NCBI GenBank assembly: GCA_038231455.1
Contig: JBBRLI010000034.1
Location: 1 to 24,025 of the forward strand
Source: Vulcanimicrobiales bacterium
Lineage (GTDB): Bacteria > Vulcanimicrobiota > Vulcanimicrobiia > Vulcanimicrobiales > Vulcanimicrobiaceae
DNA length: 24,025 bases
Direction: 5' to 3'
Each line of letters starts with the position of its first letter. Within the stretch, counting starts at the first letter, position 1. This document shows, in pieces, positions 1 to 8,758 of this stretch. A model generated the notes under the pieces. That model did not search any database. It saw nothing but the letters and a program-made list of their open reading frames with translations, and had not been told where the DNA came from. The position numbers and the translations under genes are program-made.

Positions 1-1
1 C

Positions 2-160
2 AAAATTCGTCGGCGCGTGGTCCGCAGTTACGAGGGCAGGCGCGAGCGCGGGGCGACCACGCGCAACCGCGTGCCGCTCGGCGTCAAGAAAGTCGGCGAC
101 CGGCTTGTGCCCTCCGAGGATGCTTGGCTCGTGCGCGAGATTAGTACGTCGAGACGGTAA
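2..160 (+). pseudogene. 3' end of a large serine recombinase-like ORF, apparently truncated (5' part outside window)
   Basis: Frame 2 reads KIRRRVVRSYEGRRERGATTRNRVPLGVKKVGDRLVPSEDAWLVREI-STSRR*, matching the LSR alphaE-helix/linker pattern (I..R....G.....P.G.....L.P.E...+V+EI); it stops where the recombinase domain would begin. Confidence 0.6.
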
Positions 161-611
161 CCGCGGGCGAGCCGACGCCGCCCGTGCACGTAATCCCGTT
201 GACCGCGATTGCGTCGAACTTGAAGACTTGCCCGACCGTCGTCGTCGTCGACGTGATTCCGAGGATCGTTCCCGAGCCGGTCGATGCGTTGTCGAAACAC
301 GTCTCGGAGATCGTTCCCGCCGTCGTTACCGTCAGCTGCACCAGACGACCCGGCACGGCTTTGACGACCGTGGGGCCCGCGGTAGCTGCTGCGATCGCGA
401 ACGTCGACGAACCGCCGGTCGTGTCGAGCAGCACACGAACGAAGTCGCACGACACGTAGCCCGGCAACGTCGTCGAGGGTGCAGTTGCGGTCGTCTGCCG
501 GATGCAGATGCCCGTTGGATCGGCGAGCGCCTCGCGACCGAGGAAGCTCGCGGTGAAGAGGAAGCCCGCGATTGCCGCGAGTGCGACTGTCGCAAGCGTC
601 TTGCGGATCAT
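141..611 (-). CDS. Exported beta-rich phage protein (156 aa), signal peptide, 4 Cys
   Basis: ATG at 611 right after the upstream stop; MIRKTLATVALAAIAGFLFTASFLGREALA|D signal peptide; Thr/Gly-rich beta-strand pattern (TVVKAVPGRL...FDNAS...NGIT...VTVS). Confidence 0.8.
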   Translation of the reverse strand: MIRKTLATVALAAIAGFLFTASFLGREALADPTGICIRQTTATAPSTTLPGYVSCDFVRVLLDTTGGSSTFAIAAATAGPTVVKAVPGRLVQLTVTTAGTISETCFDNASTGSGTILGITSTTTTVGQVFKFDAIAVNGITCTGGVGSPAVTVSTY

Positions 612-612
612 G

Positions 613-822
613 CTAGACGGTCGGCTTCGGCGCAAGCGCCGCCGCTAACGATTGCGGCTGATCGAGCGGCTGGATCGTGATTGAGAGCTGCACGTGCTTC
701 CCGAAAAGATACGTGCGGATCGGCGGAACTGCGACGGTTAGCCCGCTCTGGAATTGCGCGGAGAAGCCCTCGATTGCGCCGAGGATCTGTGAGCCCAGCG
801 TGAGGATCGCGAAGAAATTCAT
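613..822 (-). CDS. Small hypothetical protein in lysis region (69 aa)
   Basis: Fills the gap between holin and the next gene; AGGGG upstream of ATG; hydrophobic N-terminus. Confidence 0.75.
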   Translation of the reverse strand: MNFFAILTLGSQILGAIEGFSAQFQSGLTVAVPPIRTYLFGKHVQLSITIQPLDQPQSLAAALAPKPTV

Positions 823-824
823 GG

Positions 825-1187
825 CTATACCCCTATGAACGAAGTGTCGCTACCGGTCACGGTCGTCTGCGCGGAAAGCTTGGGATCGACGGTCGTCGTC
901 GTCTCGGTGATCGGCGTCTTGATCGTCGTCGTCATCGTGGGCGCGGCGGCAGCGTGGACGTTTTCGATCAGCTGAAGCAACGTCTTGATGAGCGCGCCGA
1001 TGATCGCCGCGATGAGCGCGTACACGAACACGAGCCAATGGACGGCGCAAGCCGAGCCGGTAACGGCCGAGGCGCACGCCGCAAACTCGGTCTGCAACGA
1101 CGCAAGAGCGATCGCGACGGCCGGAACGAGAGCGATCAGGAAGAATTCGCGACCACGTTTCCAAGCAGACGAATATGCGGTAGGCAT
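825..1187 (-). CDS. Putative holin (2 TM segments)
   Basis: Two hydrophobic helices (FFLIALVPAVAIALASL; WLVFVYALIAAIIGALI); adjacent to endolysin. Confidence 0.7.
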   Translation of the reverse strand: MPTAYSSAWKRGREFFLIALVPAVAIALASLQTEFAACASAVTGSACAVHWLVFVYALIAAIIGALIKTLLQLIENVHAAAAPTMTTTIKTPITETTTTVDPKLSAQTTVTGSDTSFIGV

Positions 1188-1193
1188 GCCCGC

Positions 1194-1225
1194 ACGGTAT
1201 CACGCGTTCTGCGGCACCACGGCCC
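1194..1225 (-). promoter_or_regulatory. Putative late promoter GGGCCG-N20-TACCGT, 6 nt before holin ATG (leaderless)
   Basis: Same two boxes and 20-nt spacing as at 10282, 17418 and 23923. Confidence 0.65.
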
Positions 1226-1688
1226 GATGCGACTCTTCGTTGAACCACTCAAACGCGTCTCGGACGCGCGGGATATACCACGTGCCGTAGGTCACGGTCG
1301 TCAGATCGCGCCCCTCGCGGATCGCCGTCGAGACCGCGCCGGCGCCTGCGTTGTAGCTTGCGATCACGGCGTCGAGGTTGCCGGGGAAGTCGGCAAGCGA
1401 TCTTGCGATGAAGTCGCGGCAGGCGACCTTGACGTTGGTAAACGGGTCCAGGATGTCCATGCCGTTGTATCGGCCGTCTACCACGCCGCTCGTGATTTGC
1501 ATGAGCCCGTAACCTTTATCGAACGAGATAACGCGCGGATCGCCGCCGCTCTCGAAGAACATGTGCGCTTTTACTAAATTGGGCGGCACGCCGAACGGCG
1601 GCGCGATATGATTGATGAGGTCGTTCCAGCGGTCGAGCGCCGGATGCCCGGCCGCGACGCACGCGATCGGGTCGAGGATGTCGCTCAT
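1200..1688 (-). CDS. Endolysin, SLT lytic transglycosylase (162 aa)
   Basis: SLT motifs FESGG (catalytic Glu), GLMQI, ASYNAG; start MSDILD at 1688 overlaps the upstream stop (ATGA). Confidence 0.92.
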   Translation of the reverse strand: MSDILDPIACVAAGHPALDRWNDLINHIAPPFGVPPNLVKAHMFFESGGDPRVISFDKGYGLMQITSGVVDGRYNGMDILDPFTNVKVACRDFIARSLADFPGNLDAVIASYNAGAGAVSTAIREGRDLTTVTYGTWYIPRVRDAFEWFNEESHRAVVPQNA

Positions 1689-2116
1689 TTGACCGGTCCT
1701 ATCAAGTGGAGAGTCGTGGCGATCGTTATCGCGACTTGAGCAAGAACGGCGCTGACGCCGACCCCGACCAGCGCGAACATTTTCACGCGATCTGACCACA
1801 GCGTCTTTACGATCAGCAGCGTGCCTTCAGTGGGTTTGCCGTCTTCCGTGACGGTGCCGCGTAGCCAACCGCGCACCTCGCCGAGGTCCGTCTTGATGGT
1901 ATCCACGGAGTCTTTCACGTTGCCGATCGTCGCTATGGCTTGAACGTGAGAAGCCGACAATTTAGCAAGGGACCTAGCGACTTGAGAGAGAGCCTCTTGC
2001 GTTGCGTAGCGCGTGCGCTCAGCGCTGTAATGACGGCCAGCCGCTTCGATCGGTGTCTCTTCGGCAGAGCGTTCAAGGTGCTCGAGGAAATCGTCGGCTT
2101 CATTGTCCATTCCCAT
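1685..2116 (-). CDS. Membrane-anchored coiled-coil protein upstream of endolysin (lysis-associated candidate)
   Basis: Coiled-coil middle, C-terminal TM (MFALVGVGVSAVLAQVAITIA); translationally coupled to endolysin. Confidence 0.7.
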   Translation of the reverse strand: MGMDNEADDFLEHLERSAEETPIEAAGRHYSAERTRYATQEALSQVARSLAKLSASHVQAIATIGNVKDSVDTIKTDLGEVRGWLRGTVTEDGKPTEGTLLIVKTLWSDRVKMFALVGVGVSAVLAQVAITIATTLHLIGPVK

Positions 2117-2124
2117 CTTGCGTC

Positions 2125-2130
2125 AGTGTA
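2125..2130 (-). promoter_or_regulatory. Possible -10 box TACACT 8 nt before ATG 2116
   Basis: TANNNT in a short intergenic gap, no SD; GGGCC box absent. Confidence 0.4.
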
Positions 2131-2138
2131 CGACGGCG

Positions 2139-4595
2139 TCAACGAAGGTGTGCGCCAAGCGTGCCGCCCAAGAGTGCCGAGAGAAGGTCCTCGGGCTTGT
2201 ACTCGCCGACGCCGAGCGCGCCGAGTGCGTCTTGGCCCAAGTTTAGAGGCAAGTAGCCCGCGGTTTGTCCCGCAAGGAAGCCGGAGCGCATACGCCCGTC
2301 TTGGTCGCGATGCGGCAGCAACGGCTGGCCGTATGTGAAATAGTCTTCCATCGTTTTTGATTTAAAATCGCGCGTGAAAGGGTCATATTTCTGCTGCGGT
2401 GCGCCCGCGTGAAATATTCCGGTTAGAAGCGCTTTCAGCGGATCGGCAGTCATCGCGCGCGCGTACTTCTGTGGCTGATCAATCCCGCCCAGCACGTCGG
2501 AGGTCGGCGTCGAGATGGCCAGCTTTTTCGGATTGCCGTCTGGGTTCGTGCCGATTTGCACTTCGCCGTTCGTACTGAGCCCCTGAGTTGCGCGGTCGGT
2601 GGCAAGGAACCGCTGCGGATTGCGTTTGAGGCTGCTGCCGATCGCCGCCGGGATGCGCGAGCGGAACGTCGCGAACGGCGCGATGTTCGAGAGCGCCTCG
2701 GTCGCCTTCGAGCGATGGCCATAGTCGACCATCTCGCGCATCGTCTCAGCCGCCGCCGCATCGGGATCCATGCCGCGCGCGATCTTGCGCTTGAGAACGG
2801 CCTGCTTCGCCGCGTCGTCGATCGCCCACGTCAGCTTATTGAGGCCCTTGGTGGCCGCACCGACGGGCCCGCCGATGACCGGGAGCTTCGCGAGGGAGTC
2901 GGCGATAGGATTCTTGCGATCCTCAAACGGCGTCACGACACCGCCTTCGATCGCGTCACGTAGGGAGTCGTACCGTTCACGCGGACCCATCCGAGCAAGT
3001 TGCTGCCCGCGTCCGAGCGCTTCGCCCGCGGCTCCGATGCCTTCGCTTTTCTGCGCGAGGTCGGGCACGTTGACGAGCCCGTGCTTCATGCCGAGCGTCG
3101 TCACCGTATTCTTCGGAATATTCACGACCTGTTTCCAACGGTCGGCACCGACCTCTCGCCAGTTACGCTCGTCGCCCGTCGCGCGCGTCGTGCGGTTGAA
3201 GAGTTCCTCAATCGCGGAGAGGTCGCTGCTTTGCCCCTTGGTCTTGAGCGGCACGCCGAGTTCGTCGCGCAAGCGTCCGGCGGTACCCTGGCGTGCAGCA
3301 TTGCGGATCGCGCCGCGGAACGCCTCATCGAGCGCCGCGATCTCTTCTGGCTTTTCGCCAACCTCGAACGCATCTCGTCGGATCGCGTTCGGTGCAAACG
3401 GGCGCAGCAAGTTGTACTCGCCAGCGGGCTTGTCTTTGGCGACTTCCGCAGCTGCGCGAGGTCCTGGCAGATAGTTCGCACGCACGTTGCCAGCACCGAG
3501 GATGCCCTGGTGCTTCGGCGCCGCGAAGTCTTTGAGCGACTCGGGCAGTTCGTACTGACGATCGACACGTCCGAGCAGCTTGCGCGCGCCCGGCTCTTTC
3601 TTGATCGGCACGCCACCGTCTTGGAGCAGCTCGCCCGCAAGATTGGAGAGATAGTCGCCGCGATCTTTCGCGCTTCCCGCGATCAGTTCGTCGATGTTGC
3701 CCGCGGGAGGCGGAGCAATGCGCTCCGGCGTCTTCATGTTGGCCGCGAGCTTGCCGCCGCCGTATGCGAGCTTGCGCCGAGCCGTTTCATCGCCTTGAAG
3801 CGCGGCCATGTCGTTCCGCAGCTTCTGCCCCTCGTCGACCGCTGCCGCGACGTGCGGGGCAACGATGAGGCGGCCGGACACGGGATCGGTCATCTGCCGC
3901 TCGCCGTTGAGGATCTGATACACGGTCCGCTTGTCTTCGTGCGCGAGCGGTGCGATGTGCTGGTCAAAGCGTTCTTGCAGGCGGCGCGCGGCTTCTTCTT
4001 CTTTTGCCCCCTGCCGATTTTCGGCGGCGAGTGCGCGATTGTACTTGGACTCGCCAAGATCGCGCTTTGCGCTTCCGCCGTACGTGAAGAAATCGCCGAG
4101 GCCGTGTGCGATCTTGGTGACGTCTTTGCTTAGTTCCGGCGCGACCTTCTTGGCGACTTCGCCGACGAGCTTTCCGCCGGCACCGAGTGCTTTGCCGCCA
4201 TACTTAATCGCCGATGCGCCGAGGAGCGACATCGGATCGGTTACGGTGTCGACCGCGAAGTCATCGAGCCCGCCGCGGAAGCCGCGCGCCTGCGCGCGCT
4301 CGGCATCGCCTGGAAGCCCGAGCTTCTTGCGCACGGCCGCGCGATCACGATCTTGCTGATCGGCCCCCGCGTGATGCATGAACGTGCGCAGCGGATCGTC
4401 ACCAGCAATCGCTGCCTGCACGGTCTGTCGCGGGCGGTCGACGATGTCCATGACCTTCGGCATCCCCATGCGGTCAAGGAACCCGCCGACGGCGTGCGTC
4501 GCGCCCTCCCACGGGTTCTGTGGCGTCGTTTGCGCTGCCGTGCCCCAGGAGTTGCCGCTGGTGGGTGCAGCCGCGCCCCAGACGTTGTCGGCCAC
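2139..4595 (-). CDS. Large internal virion/DNA ejection protein (818 aa)
   Basis: Last and largest of the Ala/Gly-rich genes after the tail genes, positional analogue of P22 gp16/T7 gp16; GTG overlaps upstream TAG. Confidence 0.72.
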   Translation of the reverse strand: MADNVWGAAAPTSGNSWGTAAQTTPQNPWEGATHAVGGFLDRMGMPKVMDIVDRPRQTVQAAIAGDDPLRTFMHHAGADQQDRDRAAVRKKLGLPGDAERAQARGFRGGLDDFAVDTVTDPMSLLGASAIKYGGKALGAGGKLVGEVAKKVAPELSKDVTKIAHGLGDFFTYGGSAKRDLGESKYNRALAAENRQGAKEEEAARRLQERFDQHIAPLAHEDKRTVYQILNGERQMTDPVSGRLIVAPHVAAAVDEGQKLRNDMAALQGDETARRKLAYGGGKLAANMKTPERIAPPPAGNIDELIAGSAKDRGDYLSNLAGELLQDGGVPIKKEPGARKLLGRVDRQYELPESLKDFAAPKHQGILGAGNVRANYLPGPRAAAEVAKDKPAGEYNLLRPFAPNAIRRDAFEVGEKPEEIAALDEAFRGAIRNAARQGTAGRLRDELGVPLKTKGQSSDLSAIEELFNRTTRATGDERNWREVGADRWKQVVNIPKNTVTTLGMKHGLVNVPDLAQKSEGIGAAGEALGRGQQLARMGPRERYDSLRDAIEGGVVTPFEDRKNPIADSLAKLPVIGGPVGAATKGLNKLTWAIDDAAKQAVLKRKIARGMDPDAAAAETMREMVDYGHRSKATEALSNIAPFATFRSRIPAAIGSSLKRNPQRFLATDRATQGLSTNGEVQIGTNPDGNPKKLAISTPTSDVLGGIDQPQKYARAMTADPLKALLTGIFHAGAPQQKYDPFTRDFKSKTMEDYFTYGQPLLPHRDQDGRMRSGFLAGQTAGYLPLNLGQDALGALGVGEYKPEDLLSALLGGTLGAHLR

Positions 4596-5689
4596 TAGTT
4601 ACCGGAGAGCGCGCGCTGAATCGCTGCCTTCGATGCGTCGTCGATCGGCGCACCTGGCAAGTCCTGGAGCGCCTGCTGCACGGTTTGGCCTTGGTCGACG
4701 AGGACGTGCCGGATCATCTCGCGCAGCTTCGGCGGCAGCGAGCTATACGATTTGCCTTTCGCGACGTCGGTGAACGCGCGCTCCGCGTCAGTGTGTTTGT
4801 GGCGCTCGTCGGCCGCGGTGCCGCGCGCGTCGGAGCGATCGCCGCTGCGCTGGCCGCCCTCGGTTACAAACGACGATTCGCGCGAGAGAATGAGCGTCTT
4901 GAGGTTCTTGTAATCGCGCTCGGAGTTGGGATTGCCGCGATGCCCTTTGTGCCCAGCCTCGAGCGCGAGCATCGCCTGCGCGCGCGTCGGCGGGTTATTC
5001 GTCGAGTAGAGCATCTCGTAGAACTGCATGCCTTCGGGCGAGAGCGAGCCCATTGCGTCCTCGTAGGCTTGCGTTCCGCGCTCGCTCGCCGATGCGCGCG
5101 GGCCAGCGGGCGCTTGATAATCGTCGGCTCCGGAAGACAGGCGACGCTGCGATTCGGCCGTCGATGCTTGTGTCGACGCGATTCCCGCCTGCGCTTGCGC
5201 GTGCTGGTCGGCGGCCATCTGCGGCGCGGCGTTTGCCGTAACCGTGGCGGTCGTCGCTTGTGCCTGCGCTTGCTGCAGCGCAGCGGCGGCTTCTTTCACG
5301 CCGTACTTTTTCTTGATTTCAAGATCAATAGCCGCACCCTGGCGCTGTAACTTCGCAAGATCAGCCGCGCCTTTTTGCGCGTCGATCTGCCCCTGCTGAA
5401 TCTTGACTTGCAACTGCTGCTGCTGAAGCATGACCGGGCGTAGTTTCTCGTTGTACTCCTCGGTCGCCGCGGTGATCTTACGCGTCTGCTCTTGGGTTTG
5501 CAGGTCGCTCATCGTGCGCGCGTGTGTGTCGTCGAAGGAGCGGTCGGCTTCCATGTCGCGGCGCGAGTCGCGAGACTTCTGATAGTCGCGCGCTTGATTT
5601 TCGAGGTCGTTCGTGCGTTTCTTGTCGGTGAACGCGCCAACGGCTTCGGACGCAGCGGTGAGCGGGTCGTAGGTTTGAATTGTCGGCAT
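4595..5689 (-). CDS. Internal virion/ejection protein, coiled-coil (364 aa)
   Basis: Gln/Ala-rich helical sequence, position in ejection cluster, abuts both neighbours. Confidence 0.7.
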   Translation of the reverse strand: MPTIQTYDPLTAASEAVGAFTDKKRTNDLENQARDYQKSRDSRRDMEADRSFDDTHARTMSDLQTQEQTRKITAATEEYNEKLRPVMLQQQQLQVKIQQGQIDAQKGAADLAKLQRQGAAIDLEIKKKYGVKEAAAALQQAQAQATTATVTANAAPQMAADQHAQAQAGIASTQASTAESQRRLSSGADDYQAPAGPRASASERGTQAYEDAMGSLSPEGMQFYEMLYSTNNPPTRAQAMLALEAGHKGHRGNPNSERDYKNLKTLILSRESSFVTEGGQRSGDRSDARGTAADERHKHTDAERAFTDVAKGKSYSSLPPKLREMIRHVLVDQGQTVQQALQDLPGAPIDDASKAAIQRALSGN

Positions 5690-7240
5690 TTAGCTTGACC
5701 CGAATGATCCGCCGGGAACAGGGTCTCCCGGCTGGAATCCGCCGCTGCCGACGCCCGAGCTTCCGCCCTTTCCGAACGCGCCCGCGAGCCCGGAATAGTT
5801 CACGGGCGACGGTTGCTGAAAGACGGGTTGGAACGCGTTTGTCGCGCCCTGCTGGCCCTGGCCGATGATGTTGCCCTGGAGGCCGAGCTTCGTGAGGTAG
5901 TCTTGCTGCTGCAGTTGCGCGAGGAACTGCTGCATCTGCTGGCTATTGGACGTGTCGAACATGCCCGCTTTGATCATATTCGCGATGTCAAATTGCTGAT
6001 TTTGGTTCTGCGAGGTCGCGTTAAACTGCCCGCCCTGCATCGCCGCGTTCTGGTTCGCGCCCTGCGCCGTGAGATCGTTCGAAGCGTTGAACTGCTGCGT
6101 CTGCTGATTTCGGTTGGCGTTTGCCATCAAAGCAGCAAACGAGTTGCCCGCGTTGAACTGCGCGTTCTGCTGGCCGCGATCGGCGTTTCCTGTCGCGGCC
6201 GCGAAGCCCAAGTTCGAATTAAATTTACTAAAATCGTTCGCAGCGCCCTGGTTTTGCGATGCCGCGTTGAAGCCGAGCCCAGCGTTGAATTCGCTATTCC
6301 GGCTTTTTGCGTTCTGGTTGGCGATCGACGCCTGCAGCGAGTTTGCCGCGTTCGCTTCGCTTGCGCTAAGGGCCGAGTCGCGATTTCCGGTCGCCGTCGA
6401 CGTGTCGAGATTCGCATTGAACATCGAGTTCGTATTCTGCGCGCCCTGATTGGCAAGGTCGCGCTGCTGCTGCATCTGCAACCCCTGCATGATGTACTGC
6501 GACATCTGTGACATCGCTTGCTCTTGCTGCTGGTTTCCAAGCGCGCCAATCGCGCCCGTCGTCGATCCGCCAACGATGCCGGCATTCGCGAGGCCCTCGG
6601 TCAGCGCGCGGTTTTGCTGATCGAACTGCGGCAAAAGCCCCTTCATAATCGATTGTTGAATATCGGATGTCGACGCGCCCTGTCCAAGCAACGATGCATT
6701 CGCGTTGGTCGCGGTCACCGATCCGGCGCCTACGCCGCTTGCTCCAACGTCACCGGAATACGTTGCCTGCGGCGCGACGATGTCGGCCGCGCGCTGTGCG
6801 GGGTTGAGGTTGATGTTCCCGCCGCCTTGCGATTGCGGCGCATTGACGTCGCCGCCGCCAGCGATCTGCTGGGCGTTGATCTGCGGCACGCCTTGCACGG
6901 TTGCCGTCGTGGTCGTCGGGAGGCCATTCGGGAAAAGCTGATTCAGATACGTGGGCTGCAGCGTTTGATTCGGATTTTGGCCTGGCGGATCGACGTTGGC
7001 CACATCAGGCTGCGGCGCGGGATGGGCGCTTGAGTTCGGGCCGGATGCGCCTGCGCCGGTGTTGTATTGCGCGTACTGCGGGTTCGCTTTGAACCACGCG
7101 TCTTGCGCCTGCTGCTCGGTCGTGTACGTGCCCTGCGCTGCGCCGACGGCTTGAGACGGATCGCCGGAGACGCCGTTGTAGCCGTACTGGTGCGTGTTCG
7201 GGTCTTGGCTATACGACGGAGCGAACGCGGGCTGCGCCAT
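5690..7240 (-). CDS. DNA pilot/ejection protein with hendecad Asn/Gln repeats (516 aa)
   Basis: Q/N/A/G-rich with 14 consecutive 11-aa units; position in ejection cluster. Confidence 0.75.
   Translation of the reverse strand: MAQPAFAPSYSQDPNTHQYGYNGVSGDPSQAVGAAQGTYTTEQQAQDAWFKANPQYAQYNTGAGASGPNSSAHPAPQPDVANVDPPGQNPNQTLQPTYLNQLFPNGLPTTTTATVQGVPQINAQQIAGGGDVNAPQSQGGGNINLNPAQRAADIVAPQATYSGDVGASGVGAGSVTATNANASLLGQGASTSDIQQSIMKGLLPQFDQQNRALTEGLANAGIVGGSTTGAIGALGNQQQEQAMSQMSQYIMQGLQMQQQRDLANQGAQNTNSMFNANLDTSTATGNRDSALSASEANAANSLQASIANQNAKSRNSEFNAGLGFNAASQNQGAANDFSKFNSNLGFAAATGNADRGQQNAQFNAGNSFAALMANANRNQQTQQFNASNDLTAQGANQNAAMQGGQFNATSQNQNQQFDIANMIKAGMFDTSNSQQMQQFLAQLQQQDYLTKLGLQGNIIGQGQQGATNAFQPVFQQPSPVNYSGLAGAFGKGGSSGVGSGGFQPGDPVPGGSFGSS
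5993..6454 (-). repeat. 14 x 11-aa (33-nt) degenerate protein repeat, xN-x9, mostly alternating (A/G/Q)N and FN
   Basis: ANQGAQNTNSM/FNANLDTSTAT/GNRDSALSASE/ANAANSLQASI/ANQNAKSRNSE/FNAGLGFNAAS/QNQGAANDFSK/FNSNLGFAAAT/GNADRGQQNAQ/FNAGNSFAALM/ANANRNQQTQQ/FNASNDLTAQG/ANQNAAMQGGQ/FNATSQNQNQQ. Confidence 0.9.
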
Positions 7241-7861
7241 TTAGTAAGGCATCCCGGGATTGCCGAAATGCGGGGGTTGTCCGCCAAGCCCGCCCTGCTG
7301 CGGCTGTTGCGCCATGAGGCGCCGCATAATCTGCCCGGCCATGCCTACCGGAGGCTGACCTTGCGGTGGTTGCATTTGAGGCGGAGCAAGCGGCAGCGGA
7401 AGGCTCTCGTTCTGCGATAACTGCGCCGTGCGCGGCGGCATACCGACCTCAGACGCGTGCCCGCTTGCCATCGGCTGACGAAGACCGCCGCCGCCGCCCT
7501 GGCCCTGCTGGAACTGCTGGATCATCTGCTGCAAGCCGCCTTGCTGGCCGCCAGGGCGACCGCCACCAGCGCCGCCCATAATCGACGACGTGAACGGCGA
7601 GACGCCCGCTGAGGTGTTTCCAAGCGCGCCCGCGCCGTAGTTTGCGGTCGGGCCTTGCACGTGCTGGCCGGCAAACGGGGACGGCGAATTCTTTATGAGC
7701 GCTTGGATCTGTTGCATCGCCTGATCACGCGCGGCCTTGGCGTTTCCGACCGCCGCGGTCTGCTGATTCTCGTTATTCTTTAGGGCAGACTTCTGCTGTA
7801 CGTTATTTCCGATCATGCTCGCGCCAGCGAGGACGAGCGGAATTGCGACCGCGGGCGGCAC
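7241..7861 (-). CDS. Small ejection protein (P22 gp7/T7 gp14 positional analogue, 206 aa)
   Basis: Hydrophobic N-terminus (PPAVAIPLVLAGASMIG), then coiled-coil and a G/Q/P-rich tail; follows the GNAT-like gene. Confidence 0.68.
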   Translation of the reverse strand: MPPAVAIPLVLAGASMIGNNVQQKSALKNNENQQTAAVGNAKAARDQAMQQIQALIKNSPSPFAGQHVQGPTANYGAGALGNTSAGVSPFTSSIMGGAGGGRPGGQQGGLQQMIQQFQQGQGGGGGLRQPMASGHASEVGMPPRTAQLSQNESLPLPLAPPQMQPPQGQPPVGMAGQIMRRLMAQQPQQGGLGGQPPHFGNPGMPY

Positions 7862-7874
7862 TAGCGGGTAGCTT

Positions 7875-8288
7875 TCACTGAGGGCATCGGAACCTCCGCA
7901 AACAGACTATCCCAACGGGCGTAAAGCCTCGTCCCAAGACGGCGCGGAGCTGCTGCTCATTTGCCGGGTCGACCGTGCCAACGATGTCGACCTCGTCGTG
8001 ATCTGCCGCGGCAAAGATAGATGCGTACATCGCCTTGATCGCACGCGTGCCGTCAGCGCCTTTGACGCGATAGAAGTCCAGCACGACGCGCTGGTTGAGG
8101 CCCTCGGCCTCGTAGGTCGAGAACACGCCGATGACGCGCTCTCCGCGTCGCGCTACCCACCACACGGCTTCTTGCGGGCGGCGTTGAACCGGCTGCCCTC
8201 GCGCTTCGAAGTACGCGTGACGGAGCGCCTCGATCTGCGGCCACTCAAGGACCGTCGCGCGATCGACGACGATCGGGCGCTCCGTCAC
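7875..8288 (-). CDS. GNAT-fold acetyltransferase-like phage protein
   Basis: GNAT-like pattern (WWVARRGERVIGVF...GTRAIKAM...N..LRAVLGRGF); typical podovirus slot before ejection genes; GTG at 8288 overlaps upstream TGA. Confidence 0.65.
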   Translation of the reverse strand: MTERPIVVDRATVLEWPQIEALRHAYFEARGQPVQRRPQEAVWWVARRGERVIGVFSTYEAEGLNQRVVLDFYRVKGADGTRAIKAMYASIFAAADHDEVDIVGTVDPANEQQLRAVLGRGFTPVGIVCLRRFRCPQ

Positions 8289-8560
8289 CAGAGCCAAAGC
8301 GCCGCGCCGAGGCTTTGCGCGCTCTCAAATTTCACGGTGGCCGTTGCGGGCGTCAACGCGGAGAAGCACACGCGCGACGGGTACTCATTCAGCGCGGTGC
8401 TGACAACTTCAACGTGGCGCAGATTCACGCGCAGCGGGTGGCTAACGGCGACCGTGCCGCCAGCGGTAACCGGGGCCGTTAGGATGAAGACGTATCCGCC
8501 GAGATACGGGCCCGTGGTAAACGGCTTGCCTTGATCGCGCGCGAACGGCTGCTCGGTCAC
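8285..8560 (-). CDS. Small beta-rich tail-associated protein (91 aa)
   Basis: Coupled to neighbours; VAVSHPL motif and beta-strand pattern. Confidence 0.65.
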   Translation of the reverse strand: MTEQPFARDQGKPFTTGPYLGGYVFILTAPVTAGGTVAVSHPLRVNLRHVEVVSTALNEYPSRVCFSALTPATATVKFESAQSLGAALWLW

Positions 8561-8561
8561 C

Positions 8562-8750
8562 CTATGACGGACCTTGGTAGAGCCAGCGTGAGGCGGTCAC
8601 TTGCAAGGCGTCGTAGGCGGTTTTGAGTTGGCCCTGATCCTGCGGCGACGGCCCGCCAGCGGTAGCCGTATCGAGTTCGCGGTGGAGGTCGATGATCAAG
8701 GTCTGGATCGTTGTGAGGGCGGACACGAGGTTCTGGGTAGCAGTTGACAT
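8562..8750 (-). CDS. Small helical hypothetical protein (62 aa), possible fibre chaperone
   Basis: AGGAG 5 nt before ATG; fills the gap; amphipathic helical hairpin. Confidence 0.72.
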   Translation of the reverse strand: MSTATQNLVSALTTIQTLIIDLHRELDTATAGGPSPQDQGQLKTAYDALQVTASRWLYQGPS

Positions 8751-8758
8751 GTGTGCTC

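Noticed and set aside
1933-2142. Overlapping alternative-frame ORF as an embedded o-spanin
   Set aside because: No hydrophobic signal region or proper lipobox; TTG start unsupported
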